Virus record (IMG/VR): IMGVR_UViG_3300014208_000038
Source: a virus
Taxonomy: Duplodnaviria > Heunggongvirae > Uroviricota > Caudoviricetes
DNA: 64,000 bases
Strand: one strand, 5' to 3'
The notes beneath the pieces are model-generated. The model was not told the DNA's origin. It searched no databases and was given only the letters and a program-made list of their open reading frames with translations. This document shows positions 1-9,344 of the stretch, in pieces. The stretch's first letter is position 1. Each line of letters begins with the position of its first letter. A program made the translations under genes and the position numbers.

Positions 1-131
1 ACATAATTGAATACCTAAAACCGATGAAGAGGTAATTTAAGATGGTAATTATTTCTGTAAACAACAATGTAACAGAAGAGCACAATATTCAATAATTGGT
101 AAACCCAAGTGGACAAAGGAAGTAGATCAAA

Positions 132-383
132 ATGCTTAGAAAAATTACTGATAAATCAAAAATCAGAGATATATTAGATTACAAAATGCGGAATCGAGCT
201 TTATTGGCCTCAGTATATATTAAATCTAAAAATACAATTTATGAGGGAGTTAAAGTTATAGGTGCAGTTACATATTGCTTAACAGGACAGAAAAAATATA
301 TATTTTCAGATGGTAGCTCTTTTTATAGATCTTCACTCGTATGTTGTGATTTGGAAGATATTATATATATTGAGGTTCTTTAA
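132..383 (+). CDS. hypothetical protein (overlaps next ORF in another frame; one of the two may be spurious)
   Basis: 83-aa open frame; no recognisable motif. Confidence 0.3.
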   Translation: MLRKITDKSKIRDILDYKMRNRALLASVYIKSKNTIYEGVKVIGAVTYCLTGQKKYIFSDGSSFYRSSLVCCDLEDIIYIEVL

Positions 384-582
384 AATGATGATTTCTTTGG
401 GTAAAATTGAATTGGAGCTTCTAGATTCAATTCATTGTAATTTTGTTCATGAGGATATTCTTAAGATAGAATTTAATGGGAATAAATCATGTTGGGTTCA
501 TTTTGAAGGAAAAATTATACACGGTTATTATGAAGCAGATGGAAAAGTTAGTTGGGATAAAGAGAGGAGATTAAAAAAATGA
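310..582 (+). CDS. hypothetical protein
   Basis: 90-aa open frame; stop overlaps next ATG (ATGA). Confidence 0.3.
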   Translation: MVALFIDLHSYVVIWKILYILRFFKMMISLGKIELELLDSIHCNFVHEDILKIEFNGNKSCWVHFEGKIIHGYYEADGKVSWDKERRLKK

Positions 583-752
583 ATTCTATTGTTTTATCTA
601 TATTTTGTGGTATTATAGCTATCTTTTATACCATTTTTGCAATAGGTGCTTTAGGAATGAATTTGTCAGTATTGATTGTTCTTTTTTATGCTGGAATAGC
701 AATCTATAATGGTGGGATGTCCATAGGTTTTATGGATTTGGGAGAAAACTGA
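579..752 (+). CDS. small hydrophobic membrane protein (paralog 1 of tandem pair)
   Basis: 57-aa ORF not in track (<60 aa); aaaaaATG start overlapping upstream stop; two predicted TM segments; paralog of 765..944 (shared ...TIFAIGALG(M/I)N...AGIAI.NG..S..FMDL). Confidence 0.45.
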   Translation: MNSIVLSIFCGIIAIFYTIFAIGALGMNLSVLIVLFYAGIAIYNGGMSIGFMDLGEN

Positions 753-764
753 GGTGATTAAAAA

Positions 765-944
765 ATGACTACTACTTTTCCATCTATATTTAGTGGTTTT
801 GTAGCTGTAATTGGCACCATTTTTGCAATAGGTGCTTTAGGAATAAATTCGCCAATATTAGTTGTTCTTTTTTGTGCTGGAATAGCAATTACAAATGGTT
901 GGATATCTATAAATTTTATGGATTTAAATGAACAACTGAGGTGA
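765..944 (+). CDS. small hydrophobic membrane protein (paralog 2)
   Basis: 59-aa ORF; gaggtgattaaaaaATG SD-like; tandem duplicate of 579..752. Confidence 0.45.
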   Translation: MTTTFPSIFSGFVAVIGTIFAIGALGINSPILVVLFCAGIAITNGWISINFMDLNEQLR

Positions 945-1111
945 TTTAAAGATGGAAACAATCATTCGATGGAATATTAAATTAGATAATGAAGAAATTC
1001 AAATAAAGAATCTTCCTCATTGGGTGTAAGCTAATTTTAGAAGGTTATTCAAGTGGAGCTTTAATTTTAGAAGAAAAAGAATATGTAAATTCCAGGAGGT
1101 AATAGATAAAT

Positions 1112-1474
1112 ATGATAATTGAGAAACACATAATAGAAGAAGCATTGGAGAAAGCAATTGCTTCTCATGAAGATAGAGCAAAAGGTGGATATGGGTTAGA
1201 AGATTGTCCATTATGTCTGCTAAGTGATATGGAATGCCAAGAATATTGTCCAATTGCTAAAATAACCTCACAGCGAGGATGTTCTGGTACTCCATATTCT
1301 AGAACACAAAACCAACAAGACTCGATATCATGGGGTGATTGTACTTGTCCAACAGATTGCCCTCACAGAGAGCGATGTGATAATGGGGAAACAGCGTATT
1401 GTATTCTAGAGGAAGAGAACGAAATTGCTTTCCTCAAATGGGTGAGATATAATCTGAAGATGGGATGGATTTAA
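1112..1474 (+). CDS. Cys-rich hypothetical protein
   Basis: 120 aa; SD ggaggtaatagataaatATG; several CxxC/CPxC pairs. Confidence 0.45.
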   Translation: MIIEKHIIEEALEKAIASHEDRAKGGYGLEDCPLCLLSDMECQEYCPIAKITSQRGCSGTPYSRTQNQQDSISWGDCTCPTDCPHRERCDNGETAYCILEEENEIAFLKWVRYNLKMGWI

Positions 1475-1475
1475 A

Positions 1476-2636
1476 ATGAGGGAAATTAAGACAGAGAGAA
1501 TTCCAATATGGTTATGGGCAGACTATATGGAGGATGGAGCTAAAAAACAGGCTATAAATTTAGCTTTGCATCCATATACTTTTAATCACATAGCAATAAT
1601 GCCAGATAATCATCAAGGATATGGTGTACCAATTGGTGGTGTAGCTGCCACAAAAGGGGTTATAATACCGGAGGCGGTAGGTGTAGACATTGGCTGTGGA
1701 ATGCGAGCAGTTAAAACATCTTTGATTAATATTCCTATTAATAAATTACAAACTATTGTAGATGAAATTAAACTTAAAATCCCGGTTGGGTTTAGTCATA
1801 GACAGGAATCTTTGCAAAAATATATGCCAACTCAATTTGCTCCTAAAATATTAGAAACAATCTATAAAGAATATGATTCTGCTTGTCATCAATTAGGCAC
1901 TTTGGGCGGAGGAAATCATTTTATTGAAATTCAAAAAGGTGATGATGGAAATATATGGATTATGGTTCATTCAGGTAGTAGAAATTTAGGGAAGAAAGTT
2001 GCTGATCATCATATTAGAATAGCTAATGAGCAAACGGAAAAATCAGAAGTTAATATTCCTCATTCTTGGGAATTAGATTATTTATATATTAATTCAATTG
2101 AAGGTAGATATTATATTGATGAAATGAGATACTGTATGCTATTTGCAAAAGCCAATAGACTTTATATGATGGATGAAATTCAAAAAATTATATTAAATGA
2201 ATATCCAGAAACAAGATTTATTTCTGAATACGATGTCCATCATAATTATGCAGAGATAGAAAATCATTATGACCAAAATGTGATGGTTCATAGAAAAGGG
2301 GCTACATCAGCAAGAAGAGGAGAAATTGGTATAATTCCTGGTAGTCAAGGAACTTCATCTTATATAGTTGAGGGTCGAGGAAATCAAAAATCATTTATGT
2401 CATGTTCTCATGGTAGTGGAAGAACTATGGGAAGAGGAGTAGCAAAGCGTACCCTTAATTTTGAGGAGCAAAAATCTCTTTTAGATAACCAAGGGATTAT
2501 TCATGATATGATCTCTGTAGATGCTTTAGATGAGGCCCCAGGAGCCTATAAGCAGATAGAAGAGGTAATAAAACAACAAATGGATTTAGTTAAACCAATT
2601 GTGAGACTAACTCCATTAGCTGTAATAAAAGGATGA
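1476..2636 (+). CDS. rtcB: RNA-splicing ligase RtcB (3'-phosphate/5'-OH RNA ligase)
   Basis: Hallmark RtcB motifs: MPDNHQGYGVPIGGV, HSGSRNLG, HHNYAEIE, SCSHGSGR. Confidence 0.9.
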   Translation: MREIKTERIPIWLWADYMEDGAKKQAINLALHPYTFNHIAIMPDNHQGYGVPIGGVAATKGVIIPEAVGVDIGCGMRAVKTSLINIPINKLQTIVDEIKLKIPVGFSHRQESLQKYMPTQFAPKILETIYKEYDSACHQLGTLGGGNHFIEIQKGDDGNIWIMVHSGSRNLGKKVADHHIRIANEQTEKSEVNIPHSWELDYLYINSIEGRYYIDEMRYCMLFAKANRLYMMDEIQKIILNEYPETRFISEYDVHHNYAEIENHYDQNVMVHRKGATSARRGEIGIIPGSQGTSSYIVEGRGNQKSFMSCSHGSGRTMGRGVAKRTLNFEEQKSLLDNQGIIHDMISVDALDEAPGAYKQIEEVIKQQMDLVKPIVRLTPLAVIKG

Positions 2637-2642
2637 TTTAAA

Positions 2643-3137
2643 ATGGAAAATAGATTAGAAAAAGAGATAGCTTTTTCTAGATTAGAAAAAGCAATTGATT
2701 TTGCTGTTCAAGCACATAGGGGTCAAACAGATAAAGTAGGTTTGCCTTATATTTTACATCCACTAGCAGTAATGTTTTATGGAAAATGTGAATCCGAAAG
2801 AATAGTTGGAGTTCTTCATGATGTAGTTGAAGATACTCCATATGGAATAAACGATCTTAATGAGATGGTGAGTCTGACTTCTGAAGAGGAAATAGCTTTA
2901 ATAGCTCTTACTCATCTTAAAAATGAACCATATATAGATTATATAAAAAGAATTGCTAATTCAAATCGATTAGCTATTGAAGTAAAATTAAATGATTTGT
3001 TTCATAATATGAGCGAAGAAAGAATGATGGGATTAGATGAGCAAACCCAAGTTAGATTGAAAAAGAAATATGATATAGCTTGGAGTATGCTTTACTCCCC
3101 AGGATGGCCATTCATTCTTTCTACAATTCAGCCATAA
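2643..3137 (+). CDS. HD-domain phosphohydrolase, RelA/SpoT-hydrolase-like (small alarmone hydrolase family)
   Basis: YILHPLAV...LHDVVEDT matches the SpoT/Mesh1 HD hydrolase signature; 164 aa single domain. Confidence 0.7.
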   Translation: MENRLEKEIAFSRLEKAIDFAVQAHRGQTDKVGLPYILHPLAVMFYGKCESERIVGVLHDVVEDTPYGINDLNEMVSLTSEEEIALIALTHLKNEPYIDYIKRIANSNRLAIEVKLNDLFHNMSEERMMGLDEQTQVRLKKKYDIAWSMLYSPGWPFILSTIQP

Positions 3138-3171
3138 TCCTTAAATACATTTACCACCACTAGTACATATT

Positions 3172-3489
3172 ATGTTAGACTCCAAAATTAGACCTCTGAA
3201 ATCTGGGGATAAAATTGTTTTAGAATATAATGGTTCAAAAAGAAGAATTAAGAAGATAGATAGGATTACTCCAAAAGGACAGATTGTCGTAGACGCAATA
3301 AGATTTTCTCCCAATGGGAAGGAAATGACCTCAAATTTTCCACACTATTCTTTGGATTATGTTACCTCTCAAGATATAGAGGACTTCAAAAGGAGAACTA
3401 TGGTTAAAAAGTGCCAGGGAACAAAATTAGAGGATTTAAACTTGGATCAATTAAATAGAATATATAAAATTATGCAGGAAGGTGTGTAA
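3172..3489 (+). CDS. hypothetical protein
   Basis: 105-aa ORF. Confidence 0.4.
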   Translation: MLDSKIRPLKSGDKIVLEYNGSKRRIKKIDRITPKGQIVVDAIRFSPNGKEMTSNFPHYSLDYVTSQDIEDFKRRTMVKKCQGTKLEDLNLDQLNRIYKIMQEGV

Positions 3490-3642
3490 AATGACAGGAT
3501 GGTGTCCAATAGCAAAAGTATATAATTCTGGATGTAATAATTGTAATCTGTATAGTTCTTACAACCATGATTGTAAATTCATTGTAGCTTTTAAAGAGGC
3601 ATTAGCAAAAGGGCAAATTAATTTTGTTAAGGAGTAAAAAAT

Positions 3643-3849
3643 ATGGATAGAATATATATTCAAAGTGATTGGGATTCAGAAGAATTTACAAAACTATTAA
3701 ACGCAAACAATATTCCGAGAATAGGGGAGAGAATAACTACAAAAGATTTAGAGGGGCAGAGATTTATTTACAAAGTTATAAATATAGAACATTCCCTAGA
3801 TCTTGAAAATAAAGAAAGAACAATTCATATAAATGTGAGTAGGCTATGA
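3643..3849 (+). CDS. hypothetical protein
   Basis: 68-aa ORF with SD ggagtaaaaaatATG. Confidence 0.4.
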   Translation: MDRIYIQSDWDSEEFTKLLNANNIPRIGERITTKDLEGQRFIYKVINIEHSLDLENKERTIHINVSRL

Positions 3850-4019
3850 AAAAATTGGAGGTATAAAACTATGATTAATTATCCTTATGTTGCGTTTTGT
3901 TTGTGGATGTTAAATCAAGAAATTAACAATTTTGTAAATAATTATTTAGATATAATTACGAATATGTCTTATTTACATTATGTTATTTATATTTAAAAAT
4001 TTTTGAGGAGGAAATTTCT

Positions 4020-4181
4020 ATGATAATTTCTATAATAGAACTATTCCAAATTTTCTTTTTACTTCTTAGTTTTTATTTTTATTTAATAAATCTTATAGAA
4101 ATAAGTTTATTTTGTTTCTTCATAATGATTACATTTATATCTTTAAAGTTTCTACTTTCCGTAGAAAAGGTTAAATACTAA
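4020..4181 (+). CDS. small hydrophobic protein
   Basis: 53-aa ORF with strong SD gaggaggaaatttctATG; hydrophobic; ends in the TTAAATACTAA motif. Confidence 0.3.
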   Translation: MIISIIELFQIFFLLLSFYFYLINLIEISLFCFFIMITFISLKFLLSVEKVKY

Positions 4182-4199
4182 TAGATACTAGTATGATCT

Positions 4200-4892
4200 A
4201 TGACAACGAATGAAGTTCAAGGAAAAATAGTTCTAGAAAGAACACATACGTATTTTGTGCCTTATGACCTTTGGTATAAATCTACCCACGTAGAGGATAT
4301 TACAGAATCTTGGCTTAAGGAACAAAAAACGCTTGCAGAAGATTGTGAAGTTAGAAATAGGGAGATAGAATCTCAGATTTTAAAGAGAGTAGGAGTTATT
4401 AAATCTGAAATTAAAGAAATTTATGGAGAAAATTCCAAGATTTTTAAATATATAAAAAATGCTCTCGGCACGCAATTTAATCATAAACCAATGCTATTAG
4501 AAGTTCTTAAGAGAGAAGAAGAAAGATTTAAGAAAAATCAAAAAAAGATTCTTGATATTCAAAAGAAAGAATTTCAAGAAGAGTATAATCTTAAACTTAC
4601 ACAGGAAGCAATTATTTTCCTAGAAAAGAATGGAAAACATATTGGTATAGATTTTTCAATAGAAAAAGCTATCGGAGAAGCAAATAGTCTAGCTTTTGAC
4701 ATTTTGGTTGCTGAAAAGATTAAAGAAAATAAAGAAAAAGGAACTTTATTTTCTTTTGGAGGAGAGGATAATTGTGAAGGTTGTGGTGGATGGGACGGTA
4801 GTTCAAGAAGATGTGAATGCGGTAATCGTAGAGTGAGTTGGGAACACGGTGGAGATTTTAGAGATATGTATATTTATGGGGAGGCGTATTAA
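4200..4892 (+). CDS. hypothetical protein with Cys-rich C-terminus
   Basis: 230 aa; C-terminal CEGCGGW...CECGN cluster; ATG 23 nt after the TTAAATAC box (leaderless-like). Confidence 0.45.
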   Translation: MTTNEVQGKIVLERTHTYFVPYDLWYKSTHVEDITESWLKEQKTLAEDCEVRNREIESQILKRVGVIKSEIKEIYGENSKIFKYIKNALGTQFNHKPMLLEVLKREEERFKKNQKKILDIQKKEFQEEYNLKLTQEAIIFLEKNGKHIGIDFSIEKAIGEANSLAFDILVAEKIKENKEKGTLFSFGGEDNCEGCGGWDGSSRRCECGNRRVSWEHGGDFRDMYIYGEAY

Positions 4893-4893
4893 G

Positions 4894-5343
4894 ATGTTTA
4901 AAAAGGTTATTCAATCTCCAGAAGAACTTTACAAATTATATAGTGTTGACGAAAGAATCCGAAGAGGATTCTACAAAGCAAAACCTCTTCCAGATAATAT
5001 TTTTGATATTCAAAGAAAAACGGTGGAAAAGCTTAATAAGCAAGCAGAATTCCTCCTACATGGAGCAGAGGAACTTGGCATCAATATTAGCCAGACTAAT
5101 TTTATGGATAGAGTTCATGAAAATCTCGATGTTTATGGTAACATAAGAAATCTTCTTACTAAACATGGAAAAGAACAATTAGATCTTCAAAGGAAATTCA
5201 AAAAAGAGCTGGAGGAGGAATTTGCAACCGTAAATAATCCAAAAAAAGATGTTTTGTTTTCAAAAGCTTACGAACAAGGACATGCAAATGGAATGGAAGA
5301 AGTCTATAATGTGTATGCCAATTTAGTGGGGTTAATTAGATGA
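4894..5343 (+). CDS. hypothetical protein
   Basis: ATG at 4894 is 1 nt after the upstream TAA; the track ORF start at 4849 is probably an N-terminal over-extension. Confidence 0.45.
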   Translation: MFKKVIQSPEELYKLYSVDERIRRGFYKAKPLPDNIFDIQRKTVEKLNKQAEFLLHGAEELGINISQTNFMDRVHENLDVYGNIRNLLTKHGKEQLDLQRKFKKELEEEFATVNNPKKDVLFSKAYEQGHANGMEEVYNVYANLVGLIR

Positions 5344-5612
5344 AGAAATTTTCTCCTAAAACTCTGAGTAAAATTTGTGAGAATTGTATTCATTGTTCTG
5401 TTTATAGCCATAGTAAAAACTTAGGTGTTTGTAATATTAAAAAAGAAAGAGATTATCAAGAAGATAAATTAAGGTTTGATAAAAATGAATATCATCATCA
5501 TCCTGAAAAACTACCAAGTGGAGATCCCTGGCCATTTATTTATATGATGAGTAGAAATTGTTTTGTGGATTTAGATGATTCTTGTGATGAGGAGGAAAAA
5601 GAAATATGCTAA
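5340..5612 (+). CDS. Cys/His-rich hypothetical protein
   Basis: 90 aa; CENCIHCS...C.N; ATGA overlap with upstream. Confidence 0.4.
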   Translation: MKKFSPKTLSKICENCIHCSVYSHSKNLGVCNIKKERDYQEDKLRFDKNEYHHHPEKLPSGDPWPFIYMMSRNCFVDLDDSCDEEEKEIC

Positions 5613-6046
5613 AAGATAAACTAAAAAATTTATATGATATTTTAGAAATAAAATATCAAAATTTTAGATATCTTGACCTACCAGAATTTTATATGGACCA
5701 CATTCTGTTCTATTGGTTACATTATCTTTGCGGGCAAAAATGCGGTAATTGTCGAAATTGGACCTATACGGGTCGGTTACAATCTGATGGAATAGAAAGA
5801 GGAGATTGTTTTTTGTGGAAAGAAACTTTCTTGAGTTATCACGGACATTGTTTTTGTTGGAATCAAGATTTAGATGAAGATGAGAGAGGATATACTCATT
5901 GTGAAGATGGATGTGAAATGCTATGTGAAACTCCTAATGGAAAGCAAATTACTATGATTAGTAAAAATGGTAGATGGATGTATTTACACGATGGAGAGCC
6001 AACTTGGTATTCTAAATATGTAAAAAGGGGTGATTTAAATGAGTAG
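5606..6046 (+). CDS. Cys/His-rich hypothetical protein
   Basis: 146 aa; CGQKCGNC and other Cys/His clusters; overlapping start/stop. Confidence 0.4.
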   Translation: MLKDKLKNLYDILEIKYQNFRYLDLPEFYMDHILFYWLHYLCGQKCGNCRNWTYTGRLQSDGIERGDCFLWKETFLSYHGHCFCWNQDLDEDERGYTHCEDGCEMLCETPNGKQITMISKNGRWMYLHDGEPTWYSKYVKRGDLNE

Positions 6047-6686
6047 TAAGAATATAGCTCTAGAAGATCAATTAGCAGCAACTATTCATGCTTATACTTC
6101 GGGTCAAAGAAGATATATAGATGAATTTATTCAACAATATAAGATTGCCGCTGATCTACTTCAATTAGGTATTTACCCGGATGCAAAAGAGATTACTGAA
6201 AGCTATGGGGCTTTCAATGCTGTTAGAAAGTATTTAAAACAATATGATATGAATGACCCTGGAGTAACTTTGGTATCTGTGGGTGATGGCAGAAGTCCTA
6301 GAACAGCCGCTTTATTTGCCTTCAAAACTAAATGGAATTGTATTAGCATTGATCCTGGATTGGATGTTTCTAAGACAGATATGTGGGAATCCTCAATAAA
6401 GAGATTAACTTGTATTCCAAAAAAAGTAGAAGATATTTTGGATTATGGACCAATGTACTTTAAAAAAGTAGTTATAGTTGCAGTACATAGTCATGCTGAT
6501 ATGGGAGAAACATTAAAAACTATAATTGGTAATCCTTTAAGGAGCCTTGTAGCAATTCCTTGTTGTTTTCCTTGGGGTAGCCCGACTAAAAATCTGGATG
6601 GAAAAAGTTTTGCTCCAAGTACAGAATATAATGATAGTGGAATTTGGAGTCCGAAAAATAGAGTAAAAGTTTGGAAAAATATTTAG
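6039..6686 (+). CDS. hypothetical protein (weak Rossmann/methyltransferase-like G-x-G stretch)
   Basis: 215 aa; LVSVGDGRSPRTAALFA weakly resembles SAM-MTase motif I; not conclusive. Confidence 0.4.
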   Translation: MSSKNIALEDQLAATIHAYTSGQRRYIDEFIQQYKIAADLLQLGIYPDAKEITESYGAFNAVRKYLKQYDMNDPGVTLVSVGDGRSPRTAALFAFKTKWNCISIDPGLDVSKTDMWESSIKRLTCIPKKVEDILDYGPMYFKKVVIVAVHSHADMGETLKTIIGNPLRSLVAIPCCFPWGSPTKNLDGKSFAPSTEYNDSGIWSPKNRVKVWKNI

Positions 6687-6698
6687 GAGGAATTCGTA

Positions 6699-7070
6699 AT
6701 GAAGAAATCTTTAATTGAAATGTGCAAGTTATTAAAAGAGAAAGCCACACACGGAGAATGGGGGCCTGGCGATCTAGAAAAGAACTGTATCGCAGAAGAT
6801 GGTGGGAAAGGAAAAGTCGTGCTTCGCTACACCAACGGGGGTATAATACCATCACGAGAGAACATTAATCTGATATGTGACCTACGAAATACTGTTCCGA
6901 AGTTGCTTGACGTTTTGGATTTTCAACTAGGGGATGCTAAGCGATTGGCGGTGCTACTTAGGTTGCAAGTTATCAATGATGTATGCACGCAAGAGGAAAT
7001 TGATATGCTAGACAGATTACATACGATGTGTTGCAAGATGGAGGCGAAAAGCAATGAGTACACAAAATGA
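6699..7070 (+). CDS. hypothetical protein (inside GC-rich island)
   Basis: 123 aa; SD taggaggaattcgtaATG; local GC about 45-50% vs about 30% background. Confidence 0.4.
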   Translation: MKKSLIEMCKLLKEKATHGEWGPGDLEKNCIAEDGGKGKVVLRYTNGGIIPSRENINLICDLRNTVPKLLDVLDFQLGDAKRLAVLLRLQVINDVCTQEEIDMLDRLHTMCCKMEAKSNEYTK

Positions 7071-7299
7071 TCTGTACGATACGGAACAGGAACTGGAAGC
7101 AGCCATTCTACGAATAGATACCCAGGATAAGCAGATAGCCGCTCTGAAAACAACAATGATCAAAACACAAGCGGAATTGGATTTTTCAACCGGATCACAT
7201 GGATGCCCTTACATTGGTGATGAAGCAAGAAGGCTAAAAGCGGCTCGAAATACGCTCAAGTCCAAGCTGCCTATGATTGATTGGGAGGACATGAAATGA
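7054..7299 (+). CDS. coiled-coil hypothetical protein
   Basis: 81 aa; C-terminus LPMIDWEDMK is encoded by a 45-bp direct repeat. Confidence 0.4.
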   Translation: MSTQNDLYDTEQELEAAILRIDTQDKQIAALKTTMIKTQAELDFSTGSHGCPYIGDEARRLKAARNTLKSKLPMIDWEDMK

Positions 7300-7625
7300 A
7301 TGAATTCTGGATAGGCAACACCCGTGAAAACGCGATCAGAGCGCGAGATAATTATCATGCAGAAATCATGCGATTGGAGAAGGCGCGTGCTGAAAGTGAA
7401 AATTCCTGGATAGAGGAAATCGCAGAGCTGCATAAGCAGATTTCCTCCTTGAAAACTGCCCTTATTCGAGAAACTGCCCGAAGTACATATTACGAAAATG
7501 GATTGGGAAAGGGTGTATGTACTTGGTTCAATCTGGAAGGATTAGCCAGAATATCCAAAGAAGCGGAGGCCAAGGGCAAATTGGCTCGCGATCTACCTAT
7601 GATTAGTTGGGAGGATATGAAATGA
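7296..7625 (+). CDS. coiled-coil hypothetical protein (starts MNEFWIG; ends LPMISWEDMK)
   Basis: ATG at 7296 overlaps upstream TGA (ATGA); the track start at 7281 is TTG; the same repeat forms both its start and its end. Confidence 0.4.
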   Translation: MNEFWIGNTRENAIRARDNYHAEIMRLEKARAESENSWIEEIAELHKQISSLKTALIRETARSTYYENGLGKGVCTWFNLEGLARISKEAEAKGKLARDLPMISWEDMK

Positions 7626-7729
7626 ATGAATTCTGGATAGGATTCATGACGGGGGCAATAATATCAGTGGCTATAATATACATAGCCATTAATTTAAATA
7701 GGAGAGGATGTCATGAGTGATGATCTCAT
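7622..7729 (+). CDS. small TM protein starting MNEFWIG (third use of the repeat-encoded start)
   Basis: 35-aa hydrophobic ORF; ATGA overlap with upstream. Confidence 0.25.
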
Positions 7730-8045
7730 AGAGGATGCCATCAGTTGTCTAAGAGGCGAAGGATGGGACAAGGAAGCAGACGCGGTCGTTGGTTTGGTAG
7801 CCGAGGTTAAACGCCTCCGAAAAGAGAACGATTGCCTGCGAAACGGTACATGTGTAGAAAGTGAGAAAATCAGCCAAGCAGATAGCTATCTGGAAGAGTT
7901 GGAAAATGCTTTCTTGGATGCTAAAAAAGGCGAATTATATTTCAGGGAATATTCCAAACGGGGCGATATAACCCTACCAGATGCTTATGACCGGGCAAAA
8001 AAAGAGGCGCGAGATGCCTTAGACAAGATTCGTGTAAGTAGGTAA
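7713..8045 (+). CDS. hypothetical protein (GC-rich copy; N-terminus MSDDLIEDAISCL)
   Basis: 110 aa; the N-terminus has an AT-rich paralog at 8181. Confidence 0.4.
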   Translation: MSDDLIEDAISCLRGEGWDKEADAVVGLVAEVKRLRKENDCLRNGTCVESEKISQADSYLEELENAFLDAKKGELYFREYSKRGDITLPDAYDRAKKEARDALDKIRVSR

Positions 8046-8180
8046 CAATTGGATGATATGGCGGAATTTTTGGTGGAAGATAAATGATGAGTGAATATTC
8101 TGAGAAAATATGCTATGTATGGGACGCCCATCGATTGGTGCTTCTGCATTTTTCGCGGGGTTTTTATTGGGAGTACTTGT

Positions 8181-8534
8181 ATGTCGATGAGTGATGATCT
8201 TATAAAGAAAATAGAGACATTGTGTGATACTAGCTATAAAGGTGGGCAATCCAAGAATGCACAGAATCAAGTATATGGAATTAGATATTTAGAATTATGT
8301 AATTTACTTCCTAAATTACTGACTAAAATCAAATGCTTTCAAGAACAAAAGGATGCATGGTTAAAAACTCTAGAAAAATTAGGAAGTTTATCTATTCAGC
8401 AGCATGAAAATTTTAATAATTTAGCAGATTTTGCATTAAAAATAATTGACGAAGCTGAAGAACAGATTCTTGCTCAAGATCTAGAAATAAAAAAACTTAA
8501 ATTGGAATTAGCTAAATATAAAGGAAAAGAATAA
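8181..8534 (+). CDS. hypothetical protein (AT-rich paralog; MSMSDDLIKKIETLC)
   Basis: internal ATG at 8181 preferred over the track start at 8091; N-terminus parallels 7713 ORF. Confidence 0.4.
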   Translation: MSMSDDLIKKIETLCDTSYKGGQSKNAQNQVYGIRYLELCNLLPKLLTKIKCFQEQKDAWLKTLEKLGSLSIQQHENFNNLADFALKIIDEAEEQILAQDLEIKKLKLELAKYKGKE

Positions 8535-8631
8535 TTTATACCTAGATAATCATTTTGAGTATTTTGTAGAATGAGCAAAATCTTTATATATCAATATATA
8601 CCTATATTGCAATTGTGAGGTGTAATAAGAA

Positions 8632-8862
8632 ATGAAGCTTAGAACCGTGATACAGGCAATTCATAGTGTTAAGGAAGATATATCGAATATGGATTTGGGT
8701 TCTGCAAAAAAGCAACTAGACCAATTAGTAAAATTATTTGAAACAGAAGGGGTAGAAGTAACCCAAAATGTTAAACCAGAATATCCTCTTTATGGTGATT
8801 GTGGAGGTATTCTTACTGAAAATTGGGAGTATAATGATGAAAAATATCTAGATCAGGAGTGA
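8632..8862 (+). CDS. hypothetical protein
   Basis: 76-aa ORF. Confidence 0.4.
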   Translation: MKLRTVIQAIHSVKEDISNMDLGSAKKQLDQLVKLFETEGVEVTQNVKPEYPLYGDCGGILTENWEYNDEKYLDQE

Positions 8863-8868
8863 TTCTTA

Positions 8869-9123
8869 ATGGAAACTTCTAAAGTTTATGATTTAGCAGG
8901 AGATTTTGCAGATAAAGTAGATTATAGAACAAGACTCCTCCGACCAGAAACTTGGTTTGAATATTTTATTAATAAAGCAGTTAATCCAGAATATATTGAT
9001 TTTCTAGTATTCTGTGAGACAACAGAACGGTATTTATCTATACAAAAATTGATGGATATAGAAAAGGCTTTTATAATTGGTGTGGAAATAGGAATGTTAG
9101 AGTTCGATAAGAAGGAGGTTTAA
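8869..9123 (+). CDS. hypothetical protein
   Basis: 84-aa ORF. Confidence 0.4.
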   Translation: METSKVYDLAGDFADKVDYRTRLLRPETWFEYFINKAVNPEYIDFLVFCETTERYLSIQKLMDIEKAFIIGVEIGMLEFDKKEV

Positions 9124-9126
9124 AAA

Positions 9127-9336
9127 ATGTCGTCCAATAATGCAATTCTAATTAAGAAAGTGGGTCCAAAAATTGAAGTTAGAGATGTTTGTGTAGATAC
9201 TTATCCCGACTATCCAGGATCTCTAATTTGTGTTATAGAATATTCTCCTAATGCTCTTCAGACAGCAATCCGAATTGCTCAAAAATATATGAGGGAGAAT
9301 GTAGTAGAATATGGTATCACATTTGAGGGGATTTAA
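9127..9336 (+). CDS. hypothetical protein
   Basis: 69-aa ORF; SD aaggaggtttaaaaaATG. Confidence 0.4.
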   Translation: MSSNNAILIKKVGPKIEVRDVCVDTYPDYPGSLICVIEYSPNALQTAIRIAQKYMRENVVEYGITFEGI

Positions 9337-9344
9337 GAAAAATC

